DNA of 64,000 nucleotides from Hadesarchaea archaeon (GCA_029259175.1 JAPDJH010000001.1:96001-160000); one strand, 5' to 3'; numbered from the stretch's first letter, positions 29,527-39,420 are shown. The notes: generated by a model not told the origin, from the sequence alone. Translations and numbers: made by a program.

Positions 29527-30261
29527 ACCGGCGAGCTCGTTCCGGGAGCGGGCGCGTGGGACTACCAGCAGGGGACGCAGCTCACCGCCCGGGCGACCCC
29601 GAACGAGGACTGGGTGTTCGAGGGGTGGTACGACGTGACGGAGGGGTCGGAGTCCCTCCTGAGTTCAAACGAGTCGCTCGAGCTCACCCTCGACTCAGAC
29701 CTCACGCTCGAGGCCCGCTTCCACCCGGAGCACGTCACGGTGACCATCGGCGACCCAGTTCCGCCCGAGGGAGGGACCTCGGATCCAAGCCCCGGGACCT
29801 ACGAGGTGGACTACGGGAGCGACTTCACCGCGAGCGCGAGCGCGAGCGAGCACTACGAGTTCTCGGGGTGGGCGACCTCGAACACGAACTTCTACGGGAC
29901 GCTCGTCAGCACCTCGAACCCCTACACGTTCACCGCGACCGAGGACGTCACCCTCTACCCGTGGTTCGAGCCGGGCGGAACGGACGGGTGGGATGGCCTT
30001 CCCGGCACCGTGTACGCCGAGGCCGCCGAGCCGTGCGTGGACGTGTGGATAACCTCGTCGGGCGCGATGCTGGACTACGGCTCCGCCTCGGGGGGGCCCG
30101 CGGTGGGTTTCTACTCCGCGTCCAGCGGCACCGTGGAGGTTATCGTAGAAGGAGCGGGCTGGGTCAGCCAGGGGGCGGCGTACGTTTCAGCCGACGCGGA
30201 GATCGTGGAAGTCTCGTTTGACGAGTGGAGCGGGCAAACTCAAGGATGGTCTGGTTGGTAA
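29527..30261 (+). pseudogene. 5'-truncated InlB B-repeat-like surface protein
   Basis: Frame continues upstream of the GTG (GAGAWDYQQGTQLTARATPNEDWVFEGW) with no start; two ..F.GW..L.A.F repeats; abrupt GC rise. Confidence 0.55.
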
Positions 30262-30264
30262 AAC

Positions 30265-31011
30265 TCAGAATTGAACGGGAATGTAAAATGACGGAATGTT
30301 CTCGCTTCTAAATAGGTGAATATTTACGTTAATCGGCGCGTTGTCGCCCTCACGCTCGTAGTACTCAAGCACAATTGGATTCGCAAAAACATCTGGAGGT
30401 GCATCGTCTGGGATGTCCAGAAAGTAGAGCCGTGCCGTGATGGATGCCGAGATCCACTCAGGATTGTTCTCGTCAAATTTTCCAAAACCAGCGTAGGCCA
30501 AGCCGTTTTCATCAGCAAGCGTTGCTCTACTTTCTACGGGGAGCCAAACACGTTGAAGTACTACTACGCGCTCACGCGGGTAAAGTTCACTAAATCTGTA
30601 GCCAGCGACTATGGGACTATTCGTTGTGACAATCGCCTGAGTTGTCGGGGCCTCGACGCGCTGGCCGTAGAGCTGGATGAGCTTGCCGCCGACCACCTCG
30701 ACGCGGGCGACGTTGTCATCGCCGACGTAGTAGAGGACGTAGGCCCCCTGACCCTCGAAGTCGTAGTACTCGTGCTCGTCGCGGGGGACGCTGAACCCTA
30801 TGTACACGTTCTCCAGCACGAGGTTGTCCGGGGTTCCCCAGTAGGTGAACTCCCCGTACACGATCACGAGGTTCTCGCCGGGGCTCACCATTTCCGTGAT
30901 CGCCTCCGGCCACTCCCAGGGCGGGGGGATGATGCCGAACGCTATCAGCCCGACCACGAGCATGGCGCAGAGGATTGCGGCGTCGATGAGGTGGGTCCTG
31001 CCGAGCTTCAC
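30265..31011 (-). CDS. N-terminally anchored membrane/secreted protein
   Basis: Single N-terminal TM, acidic beta-rich body. Confidence 0.65.
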   Translation of the reverse strand: MKLGRTHLIDAAILCAMLVVGLIAFGIIPPPWEWPEAITEMVSPGENLVIVYGEFTYWGTPDNLVLENVYIGFSVPRDEHEYYDFEGQGAYVLYYVGDDNVARVEVVGGKLIQLYGQRVEAPTTQAIVTTNSPIVAGYRFSELYPRERVVVLQRVWLPVESRATLADENGLAYAGFGKFDENNPEWISASITARLYFLDIPDDAPPDVFANPIVLEYYEREGDNAPINVNIHLFRSENIPSFYIPVQF

Positions 31012-31092
31012 AATAACTCACTCCAGTTGTTTTCTCACCAATGTTTTTGTGTGAAGCATATAATAAAGGTGAAATGACCATCAAAACATTCA

Positions 31093-31401
31093 CTAGTCGT
31101 AAATCACCACCTCTTCCATTCTCTTCATCCACTCCTTCAGAGTTTTCTCCAGCTCGCTTTCCTCCTCGCGTGGGCTTTGCGAGCTGGCGCTCATTACCGT
31201 GCTCCAGCTCTCCATATCGGATTCCAAGAGGAAAACTAGGCAGAACAAGCCGACCACGATGCAACAGATGAGAAACATCCAGCCCACTACCGTCCGGAAG
31301 AGGCCTCCCCCCTCCAAGTATCCCAGCCCGAGGAAGCGGTCGGCCAAGTACAGCACCACGAAGCTGGAGCAGCTCATCGCGATGATCCTGTACCACCCCA
31401 T
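31093..31401 (-). CDS. Small 2-TM membrane protein
   Basis: Hydrophobic helices; GAGGTGA RBS. Confidence 0.55.
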   Translation of the reverse strand: MGWYRIIAMSCSSFVVLYLADRFLGLGYLEGGGLFRTVVGWMFLICCIVVGLFCLVFLLESDMESWSTVMSASSQSPREEESELEKTLKEWMKRMEEVVIYD

Positions 31402-31407
31402 AGCAAC

Positions 31408-33390
31408 TCACCTCGCGAGCGCGGGCCAGAGCGTTCCGATTATCACATCTCCCCAGAGCACGGTGATGAGGAGTCCTATGAGCATGGCCGGGACGAACGG
31501 GTAGCCTACCTGACCGGTTTTCCTGTCCATGTACATGCGTGGCACCGCCAAGCTCTGAAGGGCGACGATTCCTTCAGCCCATAGCCCCACGCACCCGATC
31601 CACCGCGCGGCGTCGGTGAGCCAGCCCATCGGGGGGAGAAACGCTGGTGCGGCGAACAGCAACGAGAGGTACCAGACCGACCAAGGCAGGGAGATCACTC
31701 CGTCATACAGGTTGTCGAGCACAGCAAACCCTGTGACCAGCAACGCGAAGCCGAAGAGGGGCGGAAACACCTGAATGAAGACATCTGGGAACTTCTCGTA
31801 GGCCCTCCCCAGAAACGGCCAAACGCCGATGGCAACAATCACTGCGCCGAGCGTGCCCCATCTGAGCATCTTCTTCAGCGTTTTTCGTTTCACAATCTTT
31901 GCGAGGAGGGGGATGTGGCGATGCCTGCGCTTGAGGAACATGGCCGTGCACACAATTGGATTTCCTATGAACAGCGAGTTCAGCATCACCGACAGGAGGA
32001 AGGCAATGTTGGGGAGGTTGGAGACGGACCAAACGGGCATCCAGGCGCCGATGCACACGAGCAGCAGGATGTCCCCACCGCCTAGGTGGTGCCAGAGGTT
32101 CAAGAACCCCGCGACGAGCAGGGCCCCGAGCATTCCCAGCACGCCGAGCACCGGCAGGATGGTTTCGAAGCTGAGGGACTGTAAGTAGGGGTACTGAGAA
32201 AAATCCCAAGCGCCCGCTATGCTCGCCGGAACGGGAGTGAAGTCAAGCCAGCACGCGATGTAGTAGACCGCCGCGGTCGCGGTGAGGGCTTTGACAAGAG
32301 CCGCGTTAACGCGCAACGTCAGGGTGTCGACGGCGGCAACCGAGGCGACGAGTCCCAGAACCACCGCGAAGGGGAGCCAGTCCCACGGCGAGACGCCGGC
32401 TCCGAGAGCGCCGGGCAACCAGAGGATGAGCCCGGTGGCCAAAACAAACATTGCAAGGCCAAACAGCTTCACTTGAGTTGTAAACTCAAGCGCTCCGGCT
32501 GTCGCAAGTGTTGTGGCGCCCGGAAATCTGTGAAACCGAACTGATCCAAAAAGGTGTGCTTTTCTAAGCCCCGCTTTCAGCTTTATTCCTCCGACGATCA
32601 AAGCAAAAGCCATCCCCATCAACATCCCTCCCCAAACGAGGTTCGCGGGATCTTGACCCTGCTGAACTTCATAAAATATCTTAAATGTTGGAAGCAACAG
32701 GACACCGCCCGTTACAAGGCACGCCCACTCCCAGACCTCTCTCACCAAATCCTTCGGCTCCGCCACAGGTGAAAACCCTACCTTCACGAGATATCCAATT
32801 AGGGAAATCGATACCACCATCCAGACCAAATGTTCAACCATCGGAGGAGATCCCACCAACCCGTAGATCTTGACGGCGAGAAATATGAGGGCCGAGAGGC
32901 CCACCGCCATAAGCGCCGAGCCCCACATTTTTCTGGCGGACTTTGAAAGCTCGTGAAACTGCGATGATCCTGTTTTGACCGCGAACACGCTTATCGCCAT
33001 CAGAAGCGCCACCCAACATGTATTTTCCGACCCCAGCGAATTCCCAATCAAACCAAAAAGAATCAAAAGCGTCAAAACCGACAGGAACAGGCCAGCTCCC
33101 TCCAGCAGACAGCTTCCACCGACCCTTACTTCCTCATAGGGCACCTTCAACCCGATGATTGTCAGAGCCATCCCCATCGCCACCAAGAGCACTGAGGCCA
33201 GCGCGTTGGCGAAGGTGAGTGTTACACCGATTAGATCCTTTACCGTGATGAAGGCGAATATCAGCGCTCCAAGTCCCATGAAAACAAGCATAAATCCTGC
33301 AATCTTTCCCGTCGTCGTTCTGGTGATCCGTCGTTTTCTCTTGGGGATCCTTGGAATCTCGAACTCCACCACGTCTTTTCGTTTGGGCAC
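31408..33390 (-). CDS. Polytopic membrane protein with C-terminal A24 (prepilin-peptidase-like) GxGD aspartyl protease domain
   Basis: AAVDTLTLRV (Asp1), LGGGDILL (Asp2), GYPFVPAMLIG..WGD; ~300 aa extra N-terminal TM region. Confidence 0.7.
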   Translation of the reverse strand: MPKRKDVVEFEIPRIPKRKRRITRTTTGKIAGFMLVFMGLGALIFAFITVKDLIGVTLTFANALASVLLVAMGMALTIIGLKVPYEEVRVGGSCLLEGAGLFLSVLTLLILFGLIGNSLGSENTCWVALLMAISVFAVKTGSSQFHELSKSARKMWGSALMAVGLSALIFLAVKIYGLVGSPPMVEHLVWMVVSISLIGYLVKVGFSPVAEPKDLVREVWEWACLVTGGVLLLPTFKIFYEVQQGQDPANLVWGGMLMGMAFALIVGGIKLKAGLRKAHLFGSVRFHRFPGATTLATAGALEFTTQVKLFGLAMFVLATGLILWLPGALGAGVSPWDWLPFAVVLGLVASVAAVDTLTLRVNAALVKALTATAAVYYIACWLDFTPVPASIAGAWDFSQYPYLQSLSFETILPVLGVLGMLGALLVAGFLNLWHHLGGGDILLLVCIGAWMPVWSVSNLPNIAFLLSVMLNSLFIGNPIVCTAMFLKRRHRHIPLLAKIVKRKTLKKMLRWGTLGAVIVAIGVWPFLGRAYEKFPDVFIQVFPPLFGFALLVTGFAVLDNLYDGVISLPWSVWYLSLLFAAPAFLPPMGWLTDAARWIGCVGLWAEGIVALQSLAVPRMYMDRKTGQVGYPFVPAMLIGLLITVLWGDVIIGTLWPALAR

Positions 33391-33394
33391 GGCG

Positions 33395-34822
33395 TCACCG
33401 CCTCTTCTCCTTTAGCTTACCCATCTTCTTCAGCTCCTCTATGCTACTTTCGAGTTGCTCGATGGTGACTCCAAGTTCTCTCGCGGCTTTTGTTTTTGAA
33501 ATTTTGCCGCGGTGCTTCACGATGTATGCCAGCACCTTTTCGTTCAGGTCGGCAGTTTTGCGGTCCTGTTTTTGGAAGGGGAAAGTCGATATGGCCTTGT
33601 GAATCCTGATTTCCAGGAGATCCATGGGAGGAACTTTATACGCGAAATCTCCCTCTTTTTCACTAACTTTTTCAACGCACTGAACCTCCAGCCACGGGTG
33701 CCGAATTATTCCGAAGAGCCTTCCCAGGAAGTAGAGGAGAGACCTCTTTTCGCGCAGATCTCTCACGGCCCAGATTTCCCCGTTGATTAAAAGTCTGCCC
33801 TCGTTTATTCCCGGCGCGTACTGAAGCAACAATCGGGGGCGCGTTTTTTTCAGAACGATGCCCTGAAGGTAAAGCCTGCCGGCAGTTCTGGTTTTCTTGA
33901 CAAGTTGCACCAGCCAATCAGTTGCCCTTTTTACTCTGTTGAACTCTCGCCTGAGCACATTGGGAGACCCGTCGAACATTATCTTGAGAGCGCCCGTTTC
34001 GCCCAACGCTCTTTCGACCGTCTTGTACATGTACCAGCCCTGAACATAGGGGTTGTCCTCCGAGGTGGGGTAGTAGACCCCGTCGTCGCCGACCCTCTCG
34101 GCCTCTATGAAAATTCTGTCGCCGAGCTTGGACGCGATGTATTCGGCCGCTCCCTCGACGAACGCCTGTCCTAGGAAATCCTTCTTGGAGAGTTCGGACA
34201 GGTCCCCTCTCACGGCGTTCATCAGGTAGTGTGTAAGCTCGTGGTAGAGCACCGTCTTCTCGAGGGCCGGATCATTGCACGCGAGGGGATTCACGAACAC
34301 GCGGTTCGGCGGTTTGAAAAGCCCCAGACACGCCTCCTTGAGTTCACCAGTGCCCAGTATCGGGTACCGGGTGAGCTTGAACTTGAAGCCGTGTTCACCC
34401 AACCACTTCATCAAATCCTCGAGTCTCGCTCTCCCGTCGTAAACTATTCGACCGCTCACTCTCCTTCTATCCACTGGTGTGATCTTTGGATCCTTCATAA
34501 GTTCAAGCGCGATCTCCCGAACGGCTTTTTCCTCCCCCTTCACAACGAGCCTAAATCGCTTTGGATACTTCCCGCCCGAGTACCAGATCGAGACAACAGA
34601 GGCGTTAGCGTATCCCTCAAAGTATTTCTTCAGAAACAGCTTGTTCCATTCTTCTGCTGATGTTTTCTTTTTTGCCGATCTGTTGAAGTGCTCCTTGAAA
34701 AGGATGTCTTCGAGAACTCCGTCAACGACTAAAGTTTCAACTTTCGGTGGGGGGGGCTCCGGGCAACGGGCTGAGATCGTATTTCCCCGTTCTGACTTTG
34801 AATCTAACGCGCGTTTCGCCAA
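33395..34822 (-). CDS. HExxH zinc metallopeptidase with C-terminal wHTH (probably the C-terminal half of a fusion with the upstream ORF)
   Basis: LYHELTHY...FVEGAAEY; KISKTKAARELGVT..L..SIEEL. Confidence 0.7.
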   Translation of the reverse strand: MAKRALDSKSERGNTISARCPEPPPPKVETLVVDGVLEDILFKEHFNRSAKKKTSAEEWNKLFLKKYFEGYANASVVSIWYSGGKYPKRFRLVVKGEEKAVREIALELMKDPKITPVDRRRVSGRIVYDGRARLEDLMKWLGEHGFKFKLTRYPILGTGELKEACLGLFKPPNRVFVNPLACNDPALEKTVLYHELTHYLMNAVRGDLSELSKKDFLGQAFVEGAAEYIASKLGDRIFIEAERVGDDGVYYPTSEDNPYVQGWYMYKTVERALGETGALKIMFDGSPNVLRREFNRVKRATDWLVQLVKKTRTAGRLYLQGIVLKKTRPRLLLQYAPGINEGRLLINGEIWAVRDLREKRSLLYFLGRLFGIIRHPWLEVQCVEKVSEKEGDFAYKVPPMDLLEIRIHKAISTFPFQKQDRKTADLNEKVLAYIVKHRGKISKTKAARELGVTIEQLESSIEELKKMGKLKEKRR

Positions 34823-36149
34823 GGTGCGACAGAAACCTGCATTTTTTGATTTCCAAACGCGAATACCGGTGCATCTGATGTCGTGCCTTGGGATCCCCGT
34901 GGACGAATAGAACGAGTTTCGGCCTCGCGCGTTTGATGTTCTCTATGATGTGCTTTGGGTGGGCGTGCCCCCTGATCTCGAACTTCTTCACCCTGCACTT
35001 GACGGTCAGCTCGGACTCGCCGATGCGAAACTTCCCTCCCTCCTCCATCTTCCACAGATGCCATCCCGGCCAGTCCTCGTCCTGATACCCGACGATGAAT
35101 ATGGCGCTCCTCTTCTCGTCAAAGATTTTAATCGCGAGATTGGAGCTCGCCCCCTCCTGCAGCGTGCCGGGAGTCGCGACGAATATGCTCGGCTTCTTGC
35201 TGTCCCTAATCTTCCTGAACCTCTCGTCGGCCTCGGGGTTCGCATCGACGCCCCGGGGAAAGTCGATGCGGGTGAAGCATTCCCATATGGTCGCCACCTT
35301 TTCCCTGTAAGCAGGGTCCTTCCCGATTACGTCCAGCATATGGTTCATCATCCCTATTGAGTAGCACGGAACTCTCGGGAGCTTTCCCTCCCTCATGGCG
35401 CTGGCAATCACATACATGATCTCCTGCGCTCTCCCGGTAGCGAACACGGGGATGAGGATTCTCCCCTTTTGCTGGAGCACGTTCTTCATCTCCTCGATGA
35501 GGCTGTTCTCCGCTGAAATGATGCTGGTGGTCGCATCTGGCCTCGAAAACTCCGCGCCGTACGTGCTCTCGGAGATCACCACATCGGCCTCCTCCCACTT
35601 CTCGAAGTTGCCGCCCATGCGCGTGTCGAAGGTGCAGATGTCGCCTGTGTAGAGTATCGTGGCTCCGTCCCAGTTCAGTACGATTTGGGCGGAGCCGGGT
35701 ATGTGCCCGGCGTCCCTGAAGACGGCGCTGATCCCGTCGTCGATCTGGAACGCTTCTCCGTATTCTCTCGTCTCCCACACATTCTCCGGCGGCAGGGGCG
35801 GCGAGGGTTCGCCTCTTCTCCTCCTCACCCTTACCGCGTCCTTGAGGATGATGTAGGAGAGCTCCTTGGTGAGCGGCGTGGAAAAAATTTTGAGATTTTT
35901 GTTCTTCTCGAGCAACCAGGGCAGGGCCCCGATGTGGTCTCGGTGCGAGTGAGTTATCAGCACCGCCAGCAGCTTCTTGCCTTTCAGCGGTTCGAAGTTG
36001 GGGATTTGGTCTTTTTTCGGCGATGTCCCGCAGTCCAGCATCACGTACCTCTCACCATCACCCACGAGGTAGCAGCTCCTGCCGACCTCGTCTGCCCCCC
36101 CGAGTGGCAAAAATTCTAAAAATTTCTTGGCGCCCGCTTGGTCGGTCAT
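34737..36149 (-). CDS. MBL-fold beta-CASP nuclease
   Basis: LGGADEVGRSC, LDCG, THSHRDHIG, AGHIPGS, YTGD, ESTYG, GRAQE, GYQ, GHA, VHGD. Confidence 0.9.
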   Translation of the reverse strand: MTDQAGAKKFLEFLPLGGADEVGRSCYLVGDGERYVMLDCGTSPKKDQIPNFEPLKGKKLLAVLITHSHRDHIGALPWLLEKNKNLKIFSTPLTKELSYIILKDAVRVRRRRGEPSPPLPPENVWETREYGEAFQIDDGISAVFRDAGHIPGSAQIVLNWDGATILYTGDICTFDTRMGGNFEKWEEADVVISESTYGAEFSRPDATTSIISAENSLIEEMKNVLQQKGRILIPVFATGRAQEIMYVIASAMREGKLPRVPCYSIGMMNHMLDVIGKDPAYREKVATIWECFTRIDFPRGVDANPEADERFRKIRDSKKPSIFVATPGTLQEGASSNLAIKIFDEKRSAIFIVGYQDEDWPGWHLWKMEEGGKFRIGESELTVKCRVKKFEIRGHAHPKHIIENIKRARPKLVLFVHGDPKARHQMHRYSRLEIKKCRFLSHLGETRVRFKVRTGKYDLSPLPGAPPTES

Positions 36150-36154
36150 CAGCC

Positions 36155-36523
36155 TCACCGAGCCGAAGTAATTCCTCCCCACGGAAGATATACTTTGCTC
36201 ACCTGGAGTCCCAGCCTGATCCTGCCGCGGCCGATTGCGTTTTCCCACCAGTCAAAGGTCCAGGAGGACTTCAGGGCGGTTTTCACTATGATCTTGTCGT
36301 TCTTCCGCACGCACACTAGGTCCAGCTCCCCGTAGCAGACCCGCAGGGCCCGATCTCCCTCTGCCGCTACCATCCCTTCCCTCACGGCTCTCCTGCACAG
36401 CCTGAGGGCCGCGCTCGGATTGGATATGTTGAAGCGTTGCTTGAGCCTCAGAAGCGCGTGCTTGGTTACCACGAACTTCAGCTTCTTGTTGTCGTTCAGG
36501 TCAACCGCTTTTTCCATTTTCAT
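36155..36523 (-). CDS. DUF4258/RelE-fold-like small protein (possible toxin)
   Basis: VVTKHALLRLKQRF...IIVKT. Confidence 0.5.
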   Translation of the reverse strand: MKMEKAVDLNDNKKLKFVVTKHALLRLKQRFNISNPSAALRLCRRAVREGMVAAEGDRALRVCYGELDLVCVRKNDKIIVKTALKSSWTFDWWENAIGRGRIRLGLQVSKVYLPWGGITSAR

Positions 36524-36546
36524 ACCACAATAATTCTATAATACAA

Positions 36547-36600
36547 GTAGTATATAAATTTTTCTCTTTCTAATACTGGTGGTAAAGGTTTATATACTAC
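36547..36600. promoter_or_regulatory. Divergent TATA boxes forming a perfect 12-bp inverted repeat
   Basis: gtagtatataaa (36547-58) / tttatatactac (36589-600). Confidence 0.65.
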
Positions 36601-36627
36601 AAGAGAACAGTAAAAGTGGTGAGGGAA

Positions 36628-36786
36628 GTGGCTGAGAGGAAGGGGAAGGTCACCAGCATCCGAATCAGGGATGAGGGGCTGTGGAAGGAGGCGAAGATGC
36701 TCGCGATAGAGGAAGACACCACCCTGAGCGAGCTGGTGGAGGATCTCTTAAGGAAAGAGCTCGCCAAGAAGAAGTCCGGAAAATAG
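36628..36786 (+). CDS. Ribbon-helix-helix DNA-binding protein (52 aa, below ORF-track cutoff)
   Basis: MAERKGKVTSIRIRDEGLWKEAKMLAIEEDTTLSELVEDLLRKEL; GGTGA RBS. Confidence 0.8.
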   Translation: MAERKGKVTSIRIRDEGLWKEAKMLAIEEDTTLSELVEDLLRKELAKKKSGK

Positions 36787-36909
36787 CGGAAGTCAGCATG
36801 AGTGATAACATTAGCAGAAACTCAGGCATGAACCTCGAATGGGCATTGGTGTTTTGTTGAACTGTCGCGAACTAAAAAGGCGAAGGAAAAGCTACTGGGA
36901 GAGAGAATC

Positions 36910-37608
36910 GTGATAGCGGTTTATTATACTGAGAGCGAAACGGGAACGAAAATCTCATGCCCCCTCTGTAAAATGAAACGCGAAGAATGGTATGGCTTGG
37001 AGCCGGAGAACGATGCGGAGCGGAAAAAGCTGGAAGAAAAGCTTGGAGATATTGCAAGCTGGCTTGTTTGTGCGGAGTGCCTCGAAACCGCAGAGCAGAT
37101 ACTTGGCTGTGAGATAAGGCTTGTAACCGCCGAGGATGCAGCAAAGCTCGCTGACGAGCAACTCTCAGAAACCGTTCCCGAAGGGGTTGCAGAGTATATC
37201 AAAGCCGTGGCTGATGAGAAATGCCCGTTTTGCGGGCAACCCGCAGAAGTGAAATTCGAGTATCTTCCCAAGAGCGAAAATTGGGGTGCTTACCTCCCGT
37301 TTAGGCGTGTCATTCTCTCCTGCAGTTCCTGTGGCAGTGTGAAAAAAACAGCCCCGCGCATGGACGAACCTTTGGGGTACTTTGTGATCGGAACAATCCT
37401 TGGTTTTGATAATAGGGTTCTAGTGGTGGAAGTTGCTCCCTCCGCTCCATCGTTTGTGCCAGAGGATATTCGCATTCAAGATAAAGACAGAGAAATCCTT
37501 GTGCTCGAACACCAGTGCGACCCTGTGGTGCTCGGCACTTTCAAGACGGCAGGGGAACTTGTTGAAATCTTGGTGATAGGAAACAAAGCGATTAAGGTCG
37601 AGGGATGA
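36910..37608 (+). CDS. Hypothetical protein with four CxxC motifs
   Basis: CPLC, CAEC, CPFC, CSSC. Confidence 0.65.
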   Translation: MIAVYYTESETGTKISCPLCKMKREEWYGLEPENDAERKKLEEKLGDIASWLVCAECLETAEQILGCEIRLVTAEDAAKLADEQLSETVPEGVAEYIKAVADEKCPFCGQPAEVKFEYLPKSENWGAYLPFRRVILSCSSCGSVKKTAPRMDEPLGYFVIGTILGFDNRVLVVEVAPSAPSFVPEDIRIQDKDREILVLEHQCDPVVLGTFKTAGELVEILVIGNKAIKVEG

Positions 37609-37626
37609 AAGAAGCTATATATTAAC

Positions 37627-38004
37627 ATGCGGAATAACTTCGCTCGTCTGACGCCACGGGAACTCGAAAAGCTCTCCACCGACTTCTTTAGGAAAATGTG
37701 TGGGGAGGTCAAGTCAACACCATACGTGAAGGACTATAGAGCGGACGTCATAGCAGGGGAGGATGACATGTGGTGCTCGTCCAAGCACAGCCGAAGGCAC
37801 AATGTTGGAGGCGAAGTCCAACGAACACTTAGGATGACGCGGAAGCACGGGGCGAACAAGGCGGTGTTTATTACCTCCTCGAACTTTTACCCGGGAAGCG
37901 GAAAAGCATACAAAGGGGTGCCAATCGAGCTTAGAATTGCAACAGATTCTCCTAGCTACTGGAAAGAATTTCGAAGTTTTGGTGGCCTGGTTGCTAGCGT
38001 TTAA
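37627..38004 (+). pseudogene. Decayed Mrr-like restriction endonuclease
   Basis: LTPRELEKL...D..ADVIA...GANKAVFITSS, but QxK and other residues are scrambled. Confidence 0.55.
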
Positions 38005-38073
38005 ATAATAGCGGGTGCTCTTTTGAATCCCAACGTTTTTTATTTTCACCTCCAGAAAGTGATATGCGAAATC

Positions 38074-39051
38074 ATGAGAGTCTCCTTGCTAACAGAGATA
38101 GCTCCAGAGAATAAGCTTTTGAGTAGGATAGCTTCTGAAGCTAGAAACGCAAAGACCGCATTCATAGCGGTTTCATTTATTCAAAGGGAGGGTTTGAAAT
38201 ACTTCTTCGAAAGCATAAAAGGAATGTTAAATAAGGGAAAGCAAGTTACAATTTACACATCGGGTTACCTTCGAATTACTGAGCCAAACGCATTGGAGGA
38301 TCTGTTGAAATTGACTAAAAGCTACAATTCTTTAAAAGTCTATTTTAACCCGGACGACAGGTTCCATTCCAAATTCTTCTTGTTTGAAAAGCCGAACAAA
38401 ACTTATAGCCTTTTTTTGGGTTCTTCTAACATAAGCCTGGGCGGGCTGGCTGAAATTGGGGAGTTAAACGTCCATATTAGTGGCAAAATCTCAGACCAGA
38501 TTTACAGAGACTTGAAAATTGCGATTGACAATCTAAGAAAGAATAGGCGCTTTAAGAAAATTGACAGGGATGTGATATCACAATATAAAACACAATTTAG
38601 AAAACAGAGAAAACGAGAAAGGAGAGGCACGGGGGCGAGACCGGTTTACCACAAACCTTCTCTTCCACCGCTACCAACCTTGCCGGTTTATGTTGTTGTT
38701 GACGAATTCACTAGCGAGGAGATGAGGAAAATCAAAGAAAAACATCCAAGATGGAAAGATTACGTAGACTATATGTCGTCTCTCAACGGGTTGAAAAAAG
38801 GAGATCCCTTTCTTTTAATTAGAAACATTCGTGGGAGACCCAAAATGTTTAATGTTGCTCAATTTATCGAATATGATAGGATTGAAGGCATAGGAAAAAT
38901 TGCTCACATAGAGCCTTACTTCAAAAGAGATCGTCCTCTGAAAAATCTAGCGAAAAAGCTTAGACTCTCAGAGAAAAAGCTTTTGGAGAGGAAAAAATTG
39001 GATAACATTGAGATTGCCATATTGAGAAGAAACTTCAAGATAGACATTTAG
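38074..39051 (+). CDS. PLD-family nuclease (NgoFVII/BfiI-like N-terminal domain)
   Basis: IAVSFI..GL, ITEPNAL, FHSKFFLF, GSSNIS.GGL..GELN. Confidence 0.8.
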   Translation: MRVSLLTEIAPENKLLSRIASEARNAKTAFIAVSFIQREGLKYFFESIKGMLNKGKQVTIYTSGYLRITEPNALEDLLKLTKSYNSLKVYFNPDDRFHSKFFLFEKPNKTYSLFLGSSNISLGGLAEIGELNVHISGKISDQIYRDLKIAIDNLRKNRRFKKIDRDVISQYKTQFRKQRKRERRGTGARPVYHKPSLPPLPTLPVYVVVDEFTSEEMRKIKEKHPRWKDYVDYMSSLNGLKKGDPFLLIRNIRGRPKMFNVAQFIEYDRIEGIGKIAHIEPYFKRDRPLKNLAKKLRLSEKKLLERKKLDNIEIAILRRNFKIDI

Positions 39052-39202
39052 ATAGTGTGAATGACTTTTCCCTCTTTTAGCACTTCCGCAGACATAAGAT
39101 AGCGGAGCGTGAATAAACATGCCTCAGGAGGTTACATCTGCGGAACTTGTGCACATCAACAAGGCTTGTGTAAGTAGGTTTGCACTTAATCTACGGTTTC
39201 GT

Positions 39203-39291
39203 GGCGGGTGGCGGATCCCATCGGGGTTTCCTAAGGCCCATTCCGAGGACGATATCAATGGGAGACGACCCGAAGGCTCCCGCCACCCGCC
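39203..39291. other. Long GC-rich stem-loop between convergent genes
   Basis: ggcgggtggcgg/ccgccacccgcc closing stem with inner tcggg/cccga and cccatt/aatggg. Confidence 0.6.
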
Positions 39292-39420
39292 GTAATAGAA
39301 TTTTGGTAGAGATTTTTAGAGGTTATGTTTGCTTGGGAGACACTTGTGGAGGACTACATCCCTTCTTCACAGAACTTTTTTGGAGGACGGACGGGCCCCT
39401 ATTTGTCATTAGAAAGCAAA

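Noticed and set aside
39203-39291. HDV-like or hammerhead ribozyme
   Set aside because: tcctcg and gaatggg occur on the minus strand, but the nested pseudoknot cannot be built and there is no CUGANGA/GAAA core
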